This document shows, one piece after another, positions 49,714 through 64,000 of a stretch of DNA of 64,000 nt (the stretch's first letter is position 1; every line of letters starts with the position of its first letter). The stretch is from the human T2T-CHM13v2.0 reference genome, Homo sapiens, in the NCBI RefSeq assembly GCF_009914755.1, contig NC_060944.1, one strand, 5' to 3'. Below the pieces are notes generated by a model, which did not search any database, was not told where the DNA came from, and saw only the letters and a list, made by a program, of their open reading frames with translations. Made by a program: the position numbers and the translations under genes.

Positions 49714-52254
49714 AAGAGAAAACAGCCTCGGTTATAGGAACTCAGGCCTCCACACAGACACAATCAAGGAGCTTAGTTATTTAAAACGCAGCTCCGTGTG
49801 GGGGTAGGTTGGGGAATGATTCTTATTTTCTACTTTATTCTCTTTCTCTGTTACTTGGCGTCTCTGGCCATGAGCCCGTCATTTCTGTAATTAGAGCACA
49901 GATTGTGGGGAGGGGAAGGACAGGCCGCCTGGCAATGTGGTCCTGTTTTTCCTGGACCAGGCTTTGTGTGAGGACCTGTGCCCAGCGGGCAGATTCGGGT
50001 CCCTGAGGAAAGAGGAGGAGCCAGGTAGTGGGACATTTGAGGTGACAGCCCTTCCCCAGCTGCCCAGGGCCCGCTTGGCACCAATGGTCATTCCCAGCAT
50101 GTTGGGTTGGCCTTCGGGGGTCTGGTCAGGACTCTCAGGGCCATCAGGGTCTGGCAGACCCTGGTCTGGGTGTGAAGACACCTGGGGCATCTAGACCCCC
50201 TCTCTGGCCACTCACACACCCAGTACTGAGAGGCCACAGCACGTCTGCCCACGCCTCTGTCCTTGTTCACTTGGCGGCTGGCCAGTCATCGTGGACACTG
50301 ACCGTAGCTCGAGTGTGGGGTCCTCAGGTTTCTGCTGGGCCAGCAATTGTGCCCCTTGAGCTGCTGTATCTTGGGGTGCCAGTACAGGGTCTCCATAGGG
50401 ATAGAGACAGCATCTCTGCACCAACCAGTGGGCACACAGCTGTGTTTCAGTACAAACACCTGGGCCAGCTGGACAACGCAGCCTGGGCTGAGCAGCTCTG
50501 ATTTGCCTGAATCCCAGAGTTGGCATGGTGGGGTCATTCTTTCCAGCCAAACCAGAGAGCACGTCCTTGGGCAGGATGAGGAGGGTTCAGAGCAGGTGAA
50601 TGGAGCTCTGCAGGGAATGACATCTCCTCCAAGAAGTGAGGGCCCTGAAATCAATCCAGGGACACTCTCTGAGCATCCCCAGGGTACACACCAGGCCTCA
50701 GGGAGCAGGGAAATGTCAGCCAGCAAGGACAGGTCTGTGCTCTGTGGATGGGCCAGAAAGAGGGGGTGCAGCAAAGGAATCATAGTCGCAGAGGAGAAAA
50801 CGGCCAGAGTCACAGCCTGATTTGTCCCTTTCTCACTGGGTGCTGCCAGGAGTCCAGTCCAAGCCAACAACCCCCGAGCACAGGTATCAAAATGGACTGA
50901 GACCCTCTAATCCCCTCCTGGTGTCTTGAGATAGCCTCCTACCCACTGGCCCCCAACGCGGAGCCCTGCACTGGCTTCTCCAAGAAGAAACTGGGGGGCT
51001 GAGGGGCTGACTTGCGGGGACACCTTTCATTCAGTGCCCGAGAACCTGTTGAATGTTTAACTTATCCTTAAAAAACATGCCTGCCTCTTTGCATGTCTAA
51101 CTCTCTGTAAGGAGCATGTGTTACTTTGCTAAAGAAGGAAAACATCACTCCAGACCACCTGTGCATTTAGCAAACACCAATTCCCAGCCCAGAGCAGATT
51201 TGCTGCTTCAAAAAAGCAAAAGCTCAAAACCCATGTGGAGCCTTCAGAGGCCGCCTGGCCCCCAGCTCACCCTTTGGAATTCACTGACAGGTGTGTTTGT
51301 GGCTCTTTCTTCTTGGTGTCTGGTGTCAGGAAAGAGAAGACACAGGGACACCAGTTGGGGGTTTAATCCCATCAGACCCAATCTTCGGTTCTCTGTGCCC
51401 CTTACCTTATCCCCATTGAGACGTCGCTGGAGCTGAATGAACCACGAGCTGCTGCCCTGAGCAGGGAGTTGAATCCACCCTTGATCAGATGGTTGAAGCT
51501 GCGCACACCCTCTAGGGCCCTGCATGGAGATGGGGAGTCACACCTCGGTTTTATCTCACAGCAAGGATGACCCCTCACTGGGCACCCCAGCTCAGACCTC
51601 AAGGGAAACAGGCCCGAGGAAAGATGGGTGGAAGGATGGGGCCCCTGGTGGGAGGACTCACAGGGTAAGAGACCCCAACCACTCAAGCGATTCACACTCA
51701 GGGTCTTTGGGGCTCTCAGAGGAAACATTGGTTCACAGTGAACACAGGTCCAGCTATTCAGGGTCACAATTATCTGCAGCAGGCACAACCACCCACTCTC
51801 AAAAGTTGAATTCAGTAAGGCAGAAACTTAAGCTCAAGATGGATTTTTATTGAAAATGATTTCTGTAATCATGTTTTATTTACCTGTATTTACAGATTAA
51901 AGTTTGAATATGGCACCTTAATTCCTTATCAAAGAGAAAGAATGCATATCTTGTGGTAATGGGGACCAGCAGCTCCATGAATCGAAGTTTTCTGTGGCTT
52001 GATCTAGTTCAGAGTCTGAGTGATACATGTGCCAGCAAAAGCCTCTGGTAAACAGGGAGCAGCGTTACAGCCAGCAGAGCCCAAGTGCTTGCGGAGCTGA
52101 TGGAGATTTAAGGGAGCAGGTTCGAGCTCCTCCTGAGGCGGAGTGAGAGGAAGGCTCTCCCATCTCCTGAGTGTCAGGCTGGACTCAAAGGGGAGAGAAA
52201 ATATTTTAAATAAACAAAACACTGTCGTCGCAATAAAATGTGACAATTCTCTTC

Positions 52255-52431
52255 CCTTTCCTTTTTTTCTTTTCTTTTCTTTTTTTTTTTTTGACACAGG
52301 TTCTTGTTCTGTCACCCACCCAGGCTGGATTACAGGGGCATCATCTTGACTCACTGCAGCCTCAACCTTCCAGGCTCAGATGATCCTCCTGCCTCCTCAG
52401 TAGCTGGGACCTCAGGCATGTGCCACGTCTG

Positions 52432-52462
<31 letters not shown>

Positions 52463-52575
52463 CATGAGGTCTGGCCACGTTGTCCAGGCTGATCTCAAAC
52501 TCCTGGGCTCAAGCAACCTGCCCACCTCTGCCTCCCAAAGTGCTGGGATTATAGGTGTCAGCCACCACACCTGGC
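52255..52575 (-). mobile_element. AluJ-type
   Basis: Antisense Alu with an expanded middle T tract. Confidence 0.9.
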
Positions 52576-52599
52576 TCCCTTCTCTTTCTTTTTCACCTG

Positions 52600-53050
52600 A
52601 CAGTGTCTCTGCATCCCCATCTCTTAGCACTCTCCTGACTTCTTAGATACCCTGGCCTCATCTCTGATCTGCCTGATCTCTGGCCTTAGCACTTGCTGTT
52701 CTTCCCACCTAGCACACTGTTCCCTCAAATCACCCATGGCAGCCCCTTCTTATCCTTCAGGACTCAGCCCATATGTCACCTCCTCAGAGAGGCCTTCCCA
52801 GACCACCCAAAATGAGACAGTAGCTCCACCCCCATGACTCTTTATCCCATCTCCCAATCTGTGTCCTTTGTTGTATTTTTCACAGTCTGAATGATGTTTA
52901 TGTGTTGACCTGCATGCTGTCCATCCTCATAGACTGGAACTTCCTGAGAGTGTCATGAGATCAGATGGCTCTTACTCACCGCTGTGTCCCAGACACCAGC
53001 ACAGCAGCCTGTGTTTAAAGGTGGTCCGTCAATGTTTGTTAAGTGACTGG
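52600..53050 (+). mobile_element. L2 3' fragment
   Basis: ATGTCACCTCCTCAGAGAGGCCTTCCC..CAATGTTTGTT. Confidence 0.7.
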
Positions 53051-53689
53051 ACAGATACGGAAGTGGACGGTTACACTGACAGTTTTTACAGGGGGACGTG
53101 TTGCTTTGCCTTTGACTTGTTCCATTGTCCTCGTATGTAACGTGGGCCTGACCGGGAAGAGGTGGTGCCTGGACATGACGAAAAACTTTCACACGATCTG
53201 TCGGACAACAAACCACATAAGTATCCCTTCTCTATCCGTTATTCTATACCTTCATGGATAAATCACTAGACCTCACGTGGGCACAGGAATTTTGAAATAT
53301 ATTTTTAAACAAATTGCTAATGTAGACAGCGATCCTAAAATATAGAGAGACATATAGACATTCACCCGAGCCCTGCACACTCTACACATGACTTTGCAAT
53401 CCATCCTTCGAGGAAGTCTGCAGCGAAGACGGCCCTTCAGAACTGCGAAGAATTGAGTCAAGGGGCTGGACCTTTAGACCCCTGTGTTTACTACTAGTCT
53501 TTGGAGATGGAGGGACCCCAGGAAGGGTGACTGGGCAAAGCAGCTCCTGTCAGCCAGGGGCATTTTCTGGGGAGGGTCTCAGCTGTGAGCTCTCAGCAGG
53601 CAACCCCCTGGGCAGTGGGGCATGCGTGCCTGCTCCTGAAAGGGGATGTGGGGGACACATCCCAGCATCTGCTCCAAGCCATGAGTCTT

Positions 53690-54140
53690 TCTCACCCGGG
53701 CCATTGTGCAAAAGCTTCCCGACAGGCCTCCCTTCTTCCACTCTTGCCCTATTTACCTATTTTCCACACAGCAGCCAGAGGAAGCCTGTGAAACCCAGGT
53801 CAGGTCCTGTGCTTCCTCTGCTCAGAACTCTCCATGGCTCCCGCGTACTCAGAGTAAAACCCGGAGCTTCATGATAACCATGAGGCCCGCAGCTTCTGCC
53901 CCCAAGGCTTCTCTGGCCTCACCTCCCGCTGCTCCTCTCCTCACTCGGCCGCAGCTGTGGCTCCCTCCCCGGTTTTCCGGGAACATGCCAGCACACCTGT
54001 TGCTGGCTTTGTACTCACTGTTTTTTTGCCTGGAAGGCTCCACCCTCGATGTCATCCTGGCCCGCAGCCTCAGCTCCTCCAGTCTTGGCTCAAATGGTGG
54101 CTTCTCAGCAGGGTCTTCCCTGACCATCCTACTGAAAATC
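53690..54140 (+). mobile_element. L2 fragment
   Basis: CCACACAGCAGCCAGAG..CTGCTCAGAACTCTCCATGGCTCCC. Confidence 0.7.
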
Positions 54141-54435
54141 AACAACCACCTTCCATAGGGGGCTGAACAAGGGCCCCCCATATGTGTCCACATTCAAACC
54201 CCTGGGACCTGTGTGTATGTCCATTGCAAAGGCGCTTTGCTGGTGTAAAGTGAAGGATCTTGAGATGGAAAGATGACTCTGGATGACCTGGGTGGGCCCA
54301 GTGTAATCACAGGGTCTTTATAAGAGGAGGGCAGGAGGGTCTGAGTCAGAGGAGCTGTAGTGACAGGGCAGAGACTGGAATCATGTGCTTGAGGATGGAG
54401 GAAGGAGCCACGCTCCCAGGAGTATGAGGGGCTCA

Positions 54436-54710
<275 letters not shown>

Positions 54711-54720
<10 letters not shown>

Positions 54721-55089
54721 AAGAGACAAAGACAGAGAGGAAAAAAAAGGAAGGAAGGAAGGAAGGGGAAGGGAAGGGAAGGGAAGGGGGAAGTGGAAGG
54801 GGAAGGGGAAGGAAGGGAAGGGAAGGAGGGAGGGAGGGAGGGAGGGAAGGAGAGGGAAGGGGAGGGAGAAAGAGAAAGAGAGGGAGAGAAGAAAGAAGGA
54901 AAGAAAGAGAAAGAAAGAAAGAGGAGGGGAGGGGAGGAGAAGGAAGGGAAGGGAAGGAGGGAAGGGGAATGAAAGGGAGGAGAAAGAGAAGGGAGAAAGG
55001 AAGGGAGGAAGGAAAGAAAGGAAAGGAAGAGAAGGGAAGGGAGAAAGAAAGAAAAAGAAAGAAAGAAAGGAAGGAAAGAAGGAAGGAAA
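54711..55089. repeat. GA-rich homopurine tract (expanded Alu tail)
   Basis: ~380 bp almost purely A/G. Confidence 0.95.
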
Positions 55090-55329
55090 TACAGACACTG
55101 AAAATGCAAAGAGTCCTGCCCTCAGGGCATCCAGCAGGAGCCAGCCCTGTTGACACCTTGACTTAGCCCAGTGAAACTGACGGCAGACTCCTGACCTCCA
55201 GAGCTAGGAGAGAGTCCATATGTGTTGTGTGAAGCTATCAGGTTGGTGGTGATTCGTCACAGCAACCACAGGAAGCTAACACACCCTCCCACATACCTGG
55301 AGCTTCCTATCCCCAAGCCTGCTGAATGT

Positions 55330-55960
55330 CTCCCTGTAGCATGGATTAGCAGCTGACATGCATACCTTTCACTGATTTGTTTATCCCTCTCCACTTACTG
55401 AATGTGTGCTCCATAAAAGCAGGAATTTTGTTTGTTGCAAGATATCCCTGCACCTAGCACAGTGCCTGGCAGATAGCAGGTGCTCAGCAAACATCCTCTG
55501 CAATGCTGCATTTGAGTCCTGAGGAGGGAGACGGAGCAGATCCTGGGATGAGCCAGGGGACAGAGCTCCAGGCAGAGGCAGCACCAAGGGTAGAGTCTGA
55601 GTCACAGCCAATCCCATCCTTCTAGATGGCTGCTGTAGGACCCATGGATAAAATTCCTCCTAGCCCTGCCTCCACAGAGAAGTCCCTTCAATTGAAGCCA
55701 TGGAAGCTGGAAACTCACTTAAGAGCCCCTACAGTGAGAGATTAAGAGCATAGACCCTGAAGCCAGGCTGCCTAGGTTCAAATCTCAGCTCTGCCACTCA
55801 CTAGCTGAGTGACTCTGGGCTAATTAATTAACCTCTCTGTGCGAATTTCCTCGTCTACAGAATAAGGATAATGATAGTGCCCATCTCATAGGGCTATTGT
55901 GAGGATTGAAATAGCTAATGCATTTAGCACAGTGCCTGGCACACAGTACACATGATCTAC
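55330..55960. mobile_element. L2 3' end (55330-55510) and MIR (55725-55960)
   Basis: GCACCTAGCACAGTGCCTGGC; GGTTCAAATCTCAGCTCTGCCACTCACTAGCTGAGTGAC. Confidence 0.8.
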
Positions 55961-58900
55961 TGTTCCTATTTGGGTGGAAAAGTCCAGCAAGTTGCAAAGA
56001 TTGCTAAAAAGCAATGAGAGTATACCAGGGTGTCTAAACTGACAAGCAAAGGGTATGATTAAAAGACAAGCCAGGTTGGCAGCAGAACATTTGCTTTCCT
56101 TGGCCTGGGCCACAGACAAGGAATTGAAAGGTAGCCTGGCAACGCTTTGAGAAAAATTAATCACCCCTGTTGCCTGCCTGCCCCTGCCCATCCCATTTAA
56201 CCTGCATTCCCCCGCCCCCTACCCTACCCCTAAAGGGATCCTGGAGCCTCCTGTTGCACAGGCCGGGCTGTGACATCCACAACACACCCCAGCTGGGCCC
56301 AGCAAGTTGTTTTCCAGCCCCATCTGCCCAGACACAGCCCTGTGAAGAGAGGGCCGAATGCAGAGCCAGGGCTGTGTTGACTGCAGAAGGGACGGAAGAA
56401 AATAGATGGGGTGCGGTCTGCACAGTGGGAGGTTGGTGTGTCATGTGGGTCTCACATGTGGCTTCCCTCCAACAAGCCCCCTGCAATCCCCGCCAGACGT
56501 AAGGAGGGAGGGGTGAAAGTGGGGTTTCCGCCAGAGGCAGCAGAGCTGAGGAGGGGCCCAGGCTGCAGGGACCTGTGTACAGGGCATGAGATGTCACCGG
56601 GGGCTTCCTACATGAGATGCAGTGAGTCATCAGGGTGCAGGGTGGAGGCTCTGAAGGAAGAGCCCAGGGGAATACAGGAAAAAGGTGACCTGAGAATCCA
56701 TCAGCCACCACCCCAGTCCTTCCCTCCTCTGTCCAGGAGCAGGGCCAGGGCCCAGGAGACAGGGTGAGCTTTCTGCAGGAGGGACACCCGCCCTGAGAGG
56801 AACCTGGGCTGTCATAGCCGCACAGACACTGCAAGCCAGGAGCAGTGGCCACACCCGTAGAGCAGGGGTATCAGAAGGGGGCAGAAACACAAGCTTGTCA
56901 CCTGAGGGCTGGGAGCATCTGTCTTTGTGGTGACCAAGGGGAGACAAAGCAAGTGACGGAGACGCCTTCTCTTCAGCAGTGGTTCCCTCTGCAGGTCTCC
57001 AGGGACAGTGGGTCTGAGGGGCAGGAATGGTGGGGGGCTGTCATGGGTGCCGCATTAGGATGTCCCCTTCTACCCTGAGCAGCAGGCAGTCCCCTCGAGG
57101 ATTCCACGTCATCAGCCTCTGGCCCGAGGGCTTCCCAGCGCCTCCCTTTCTCCGTTTTGGGTGACTTGGGCAGGCACTGGCGTCTACATCTGTGCACTCT
57201 TGGCACCTGGTGGGTGCGACCTGGGCCCTCCCATCAGACACACTTCAATCTCATCCCACACAGCCCAGGGCCAGACCTTGGCACCTCATGCAGACTCAGA
57301 CTACGCACCTGGGATCCGGGCACTGAGACTGCACGTGGCCTCTTCCCAGTGTCTCAGAGGGAAATGAGGCTGGAATTTCTCCTGGGACACTGGACACCCC
57401 GCATCTCATGGTGCTGCATAAGAGGATGCTTGGCCCTGCATCCTCCCTGCAATAACCATCATTTAATCAGGCCAGAAGAAGTGGAGAAGGCGCGGCCCAT
57501 GGGACAGCCATGTGTTCAAAAGCAGCCCCCACCCATGCACAAGCAGCCCTCAGAGGTGTCCAGGCAGCTCCAACCAGCAGATAACGGGCACCCAGAATGT
57601 GCAGAGCCAGCCCAGATTGCAGCCTGGATCTCAATTTGCAAGAAAGAACTTGCCAGCTTGAGCAGCTGCCACGAGTCCCAGCGGCTTGGCAGTTTCTCCT
57701 GGAGGCTGTTCGCAGAGCCAGACCAGGGACGGGGTCTTGGCCACTATGGGTCCCCGCAGTCTGCACCGAGCTTGGAGTCACCAGGCTGATTTCACGGATG
57801 TTTATGGAGCCTGCAGGAGACCATAGCTTAGTGTGTCCCCTGCTAATTAAAGGACAACAGCCAGTTGTTCCCCGTCAGAGATTACAAAGGATGAATGCTT
57901 TGGACCCAGGGAGCGGATGGGAGCATATCAGATGCCAAAACCTGGTGCCTGCCACCTGGCATTCTTTGGAAGTGACCCTTTGTGGAGCATTGGCCATTAT
58001 CGGGGAGATGGGTATTGGGGAGCCTCCCTCTCAGCTCTGGGGTCTCAACTCTGCCCACATAGGGCAGGAGGACGATGTCCTGAAGCTGTGCCTGTCCTTG
58101 CCCAAGGAGGGTTGGGGGCTTTGCAGGGGGGTATGTGAATGCCTGCAGGCCTAGGGGTCAGGGGACCCGTGCAGGGCTGGAAGAGGGGTTCTCGGCCACA
58201 GGACAGCCCTGCTTCTGCCAGTGAAGCCATGTGTGGAAATACGGCTCAGCATTGCTCAACCTTCCAGCAGCCAGGACACCCTGGGTTTGAGTCCCTGCTA
58301 CAGATAAAAGAACCGAATCTGACCATTTGTCTCCAGCCATTCTCAGCCTCTGCCTCTCTCCCCAGCCCCTCTACCAGGTGTTCAAGGAAAGCAGAGCCCA
58401 GAACCTGTCGTGTAGGGCCTTGGGCTTTCCACGGCCTGATCAGTGCTAGTCTCTGGGGAGCACTTTGGGGGACACATTCAGATTCTCTCGAATGCCTCAT
58501 ACCCGGACTGCAATCCCCCATTCCACCAGCGATTTCAGGACCATGTGGGAAATTTCATCAAATTTGCAAGTGTGTTGTTTCTTCTTTTACCCCCATTCTA
58601 TCTGTGAGATGCTCTAGAATTCACCAGATGTAATATATCTTTGGGATGAATATTCTATGTTAAGTCCTTTGAAAGCAATCAACAACTGTAATCCAATTAC
58701 TATTGGCTGTATCTTTCTCTTTTGCCCCAAACCTCATCCTGTGTGCCAAGCTCACCACACACACACACACACATACACCTCTCACAACAGATGCTAATTT
58801 TGTGCCTCGCTGCCTCACATAACGTGAGAGCGTTGAGTAGTGAACAGCTGATCTGCATGAATTAACGTGGGAGGTCATGTGGGCCCTGAAGCTTTCACAC

Positions 58901-59052
58901 TCACAAACCAGTAGCAGGATGGGTTGTCATGGAGATCACATGGAGGGACACCAGAGTTCCCCCAGGACTCTGGGCCTCCTCTGATGAGCAGGTCACATGG
59001 GGATCTGGGGGGAGGCACAGGCACGAACTGCATATTAAATACACCTGACTCA

Positions 59053-59348
59053 CTGTGTCTGTGAGTGCGTGGGCGTGTGTGGGTGTGGGAGAGTGCATAT
59101 AGGAGTGAGCATGTGTGTGAGTGTACATATAAGTGTGTCTATGTGTGTTAGTGTGTGCATATGAGTGTGTCTGTGTGAGTGTGTATGTATCAGTGTGCAT
59201 ATATGCGTGGGCATTGTAGGCACACATGTGCATATATGTATATGTATGAGGGTATCTGTGTGTGAGCAAATGGATGCATGAGTGTGTGTGGGCATGTGTA
59301 TCTGTGTGTGCATATGTGTAAGCGTGTTAGTTTGCACGCATACGTGTC
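59053..59348. repeat. Degenerate (TG)n microsatellite
   Basis: Interrupted GT repeats. Confidence 0.9.
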
Positions 59349-60244
59349 CAGAGCCCACATGGGATGAAAACTGAATGGCTCTAAAGATCTACTGGACACA
59401 TTTCAGATCCTAACAGAGCTCTTAAAGCTCCAAGGGGTCACTGAATGGACAATGAGTGTTTCTGAGTCCAGGTGGCACTGACTCAGCAATGCAGGAAGGC
59501 AGCTCCTTGAGTTCCAGGAATGACCTGCACCCCTTTTCTCTCCCTCCCGGTCACCCACCCCTCCCCACGTCCCTTCCTCTTCCTCTGTTTGCCTTCCGTG
59601 CCTCTCCCTTTCCCAGTCTCATTTCTTGCATGTTCATCACTTCTACTTCCTGCAGTTCAATTCCCCTCCACCCCTCAGCATGGACTGTGGGATGAGAGAG
59701 CCACAGCCTTATCCCTGACGTAACCAAAACTCTTGGCACCAGCTTAGACCTGTTTTTCAGTCTTATAAACAGGTCTCAAATCAGGGAAATGTAAGGTTCT
59801 GAGGAAAATGATCACCACCAGGTGATTCCCCTCTGTGTTACCGTAAGGCGGTGAGACAGAGATTCTCTAACGTTTTTAGTGCAACCCACCGTAAGAAACC
59901 CACTGCAAACTGCCACCCAGCACACACACAAGCACATCCATTTATACAGAAACGCAGCACGTTTCCCCAAACGGCACTCACCCCCGCTGCACACAATGCG
60001 CTCTGATGTCTCCTGACCTAGTCTATCCTGGTCTATTGCAGATTTTCAATGCGGGGCTCGACACTCTAAATTGATTTCAAGACCCACTAATGCATCACAG
60101 CCTGCGATTTGATAAACTCCACGCTAAGACACATCCTGTAGTGAGGTGTTCGACCCAGAGGCCATTTATCCTGCAGCGAGTGGGGTGAGGAGGAGGTGGG
60201 GAGGCAGGATTAACCCTGAGGCACCCCTCCTCCTGCTCCTCCCA

Positions 60245-60637
60245 TGTATTTTTGGTAGAGATGGGTTTTCTCCATATCGGTCAGGCTGGTCTTGAACTCC
60301 CAACCTCAGGTGATCCACCCACCTCGGCCTCCCAAAGTGCTGGGATTACAGGTGTAAGCCACTGCGCCCGGCCCCTCAATAGGTAGTTTTTCAGCCTTTC
60401 CCCCCTCCCTTCTTTTCCCCTTTAGTAATCCCCAGTGTCCATCATTGCCATGTTTATGTTTATGTGTAGCCAATGTTTAGCTCCCACTTATAAGTGAGAA
60501 CATGTTGTATTTGGTTTTCTGTTGCTATGTTAAATCACTTAGGATAATGGCCTCCAGCTGCATCCATGTTGCTGCAAAGGACGTGATTTCCTTCTGTTTC
60601 ATGGCTGCATACTATTCCATGGTGTATATGTACCATA
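60245..60637 (-). mobile_element. Alu left-arm fragment followed by an L1P 3' UTR fragment
   Basis: ..CCTCCCAAAGTGCTGGGATTACAGG..CCCGGCC; GCTCCCACTTATAAGTGAGAACATG..CCTCCAGCTGCATCCATGTTGCTGCAAAGG. Confidence 0.85.
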
Positions 60638-60855
60638 ACAAATGTCTGTTTCTTTTCCCTGAGTCTTTTTGGGCCCCATGTAGAAGGATCTGCAGGAAAG
60701 TTAACCAGCAACAGTGTCAGGATTGGGGAAGGGCAAAGCTCACAGGGATCTTGGCTGGGGGGATGCTCGGGAAGCCCCCACCTTCAGCTGGGCCCAGGGC
60801 TCAGGCTGAAAGAGAAAAATGGAGTTGTTCCTGGAAGGCTTGGCAGTGGAGAGGA

Positions 60856-62112
<1,257 letters not shown>

Positions 62113-62649
62113 TTAACATCTCTAAAATTGCCATCTATCTTATGAGTTGATGCTGTGTCATGGCACATTTGACGGTGTTTTAAATCTTCTTCTCTTCAGG
62201 GTGGGACAGGAAAACCTCATGAAAAAGAAGAACTGGGGAGAGTTAAGGAAGAGACTGTTCAGCGACCATGAGCAGTGGAGCTGGGTTGCAGGGACCAAGG
62301 TGGGGGTGCTGCCCCTGGGACAAGCCCCAGCCTCCCAAGGCCTGAAGGGGCAAGAGGAGGAGGTAGTGTATCAGAACCTGGTTGAACGTGAGCCAGGGGA
62401 AGGGGCTGCAGAAGCTGCGGGTGTTGAGAATTGCAGCTACTGCCAACGCCACAGCTGTTGCCTGGCACCCTGGGGCAACTCTCTTTACTCCCGTCCTGTA
62501 TCCCCTGCCAGAGTGCCTGTGGGCTGAAGCCAGGGAGGCTGGGGGAAGGTACCTAGAAACCAGGCTCCTGGGGCATCAAGTAAGGTGAATAAGGGGTATG
62601 GAGAGAAGGTAACCAGCTTTTGGGATAAAGGCATAAGGAGAGAGGGATA

Positions 62650-63210
62650 TCCCAAGAGGACTGCTGGGAAAGGCCTCTCTATGAAGTCTCAGCTAAGACG
62701 CGGGCCATGGAAATGTCTGGGGAGAATGTCCCAGAGAGGGCAGGACCTGAGTGGGCCGAGCGTGGGCTGCAGGAAGCTGAGGAGCTGGTGGGCCTGGGTG
62801 GAGTGGGCAGTAGGAAGAGAAGTCAGGGATGAGGTCAAAAATTAGGTAGATTCTGGACCACGTGCAGGACCTTGTGCCATGGTGAGGAGTGTGGATTTGA
62901 CTCAAGCATGACAGAGCCGCTGGGGGGTTTTGAGCAGAGAGAGGACGTGATCCAATGGGTTTAACAGGAGCCCTGTGGCTGTCATGGAAGAAATGGCCCC
63001 ATAAAGGGTGAGAAGGAGGCGGGGGCAGTGAGGAGGCTCTGGAATATTCCAGGCGAAAGATGAGGGTGGCCTGGTGGTCCAGGGTGGGATGGTGGAGGTG
63101 GGGAGAAGCGGTGGGAGTCAGGACTGATTTTGAAAGTAGAGCTGGCAGGATTTTCTGATCAGTTGGAAGTGATGTGAGGGAGAAAGGAGTCAAGAGCAAA
63201 TCCAAGGTCA
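62650..63210 (-). mobile_element. L2 fragment
   Basis: GGGGGTTTTGAGCAGAG..TTTTGAAAGTAGAGCTGGCAGGATTTTCTGAT..GGAGTCAAG. Confidence 0.75.
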
Positions 63211-63903
63211 CTTCGCACTGTTCCTATGGAGATGCTCCAAACATGGGACTTATGAGCTGTGATGAATTTATAATTAAGAGTATGTCGGCAGATGCCTCAA
63301 GCTTCCAGGCCTTCTCTAGAATGTTCTCATGATCAAAAAACTTGAGCAAGACCCACACTCATGATGTTCACCCCTCAACCCATGAAGTGCGTGCTGCAAT
63401 AGCCCACATGTATCACTGGAGTCCTCCTGTGGCCATGTATGTGCTGGGAGGTGATCAAGCTGCTTGCTACAAACCCAAAGATGTCGGCGTTGGGGGAAAT
63501 AGGGTTGAGACAGGAAGATGGAGCCTATAAGGATGAATGAGCCCAAGAAAGGTGTCTAGCACCCTGTCTACAGAGGGAGGAGGGCCTTGTGGTTCCTCCA
63601 GCCCCTGGCTGGGTGAAGTAACATCACCCAGACCCTGCTGTGGTCGGTCAGTTCAGGAGGAGGCAGGGCCACAGGTGAGCCTGTCCAGAGGAGCAGGTGC
63701 CATGAGGCCCAGAGAAGGGAGGTCAGGAAGGTCTACCAGGAGGAGCTAACATGTGAGCTGGGCTGGGCTGGGCAGGGTAGGTGGGAGAGAGAGGAAGGAG
63801 GTCCCAGGAGGAGACAGCAGGACAAGGACATGCAAAGGTACAGCCGGCAAGGCCAGAGGGAAGTGATCTGGGACCTGATCCAGGATGATGGGACTGTCTA
63901 GAG

Positions 63904-64000
63904 CAGCGGTGCCCAAATTTTGGCAGCAGGGACCACTTTCATGGAGGACAATTTTTCCACGGACTGAGGTGGGGGTGGGGATGGTTTCAGGATGATTCAA
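63904..64000 (+). mobile_element. MER1B-like hAT-Charlie element (runs off window)
   Basis: CAGCGGTGCCCAA..GGGACCACTTTCATGGAGGACAATTTTTCCACGGAC, preceded by the Charlie-type target GTCTAGAG. Confidence 0.85.

Noticed and set aside
49930-50870. Exon-like GC-rich stretch with overlapping ORFs, including a PSGQI motif reminiscent of spermidine synthase
   Set aside because: Similarity does not extend beyond five residues in any frame; no recognisable protein or pseudogene
56157-58633. Several 160-230-aa ORFs in unique GC-rich DNA
   Set aside because: Overlapping on both strands, mostly non-ATG starts, composition typical of random GC-rich sequence, no known domain

Overview
Primate (probably human) non-coding DNA, very rich in transposons: Alu, L1, L2, MIR, ERV1/ERVL/MaLR LTRs and DNA-transposon relics. 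I can support no protein-coding gene; the long ORFs come from repeats. The dominant feature is a ~12.2-kb tandem array (33529-45753). Its homogeneous core of strictly alternating 49-bp A/B monomers (98-bp dimer) carries 294-bp and kb-scale higher-order duplications and lies between older, diverged ~53-bp monomers, with a fold-back inversion in the left flank. The consensus monomers keep a GGGTC-N11-GACCC inverted repeat around AGCT, and the array has strong GC skew. On the + strand it is bracketed by a candidate splice donor (33084), a branch-point/polypyrimidine/AG acceptor exactly at its start (33530) and a canonical poly(A) signal just after its end (45807). It could therefore be one giant terminal exon of a repeat-hairpin RNA; this is a hypothesis only. 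The window also holds a U7 snRNA retrocopy split by a locally templated insert and several other local template-switch scars. From memory it resembles the duplicated RNU7-pseudogene-bearing region of human 20q13.1, which I have not verified. Repeat family names are recalled from consensus sequences, and most repeat boundaries are approximate unless TSDs are quoted.
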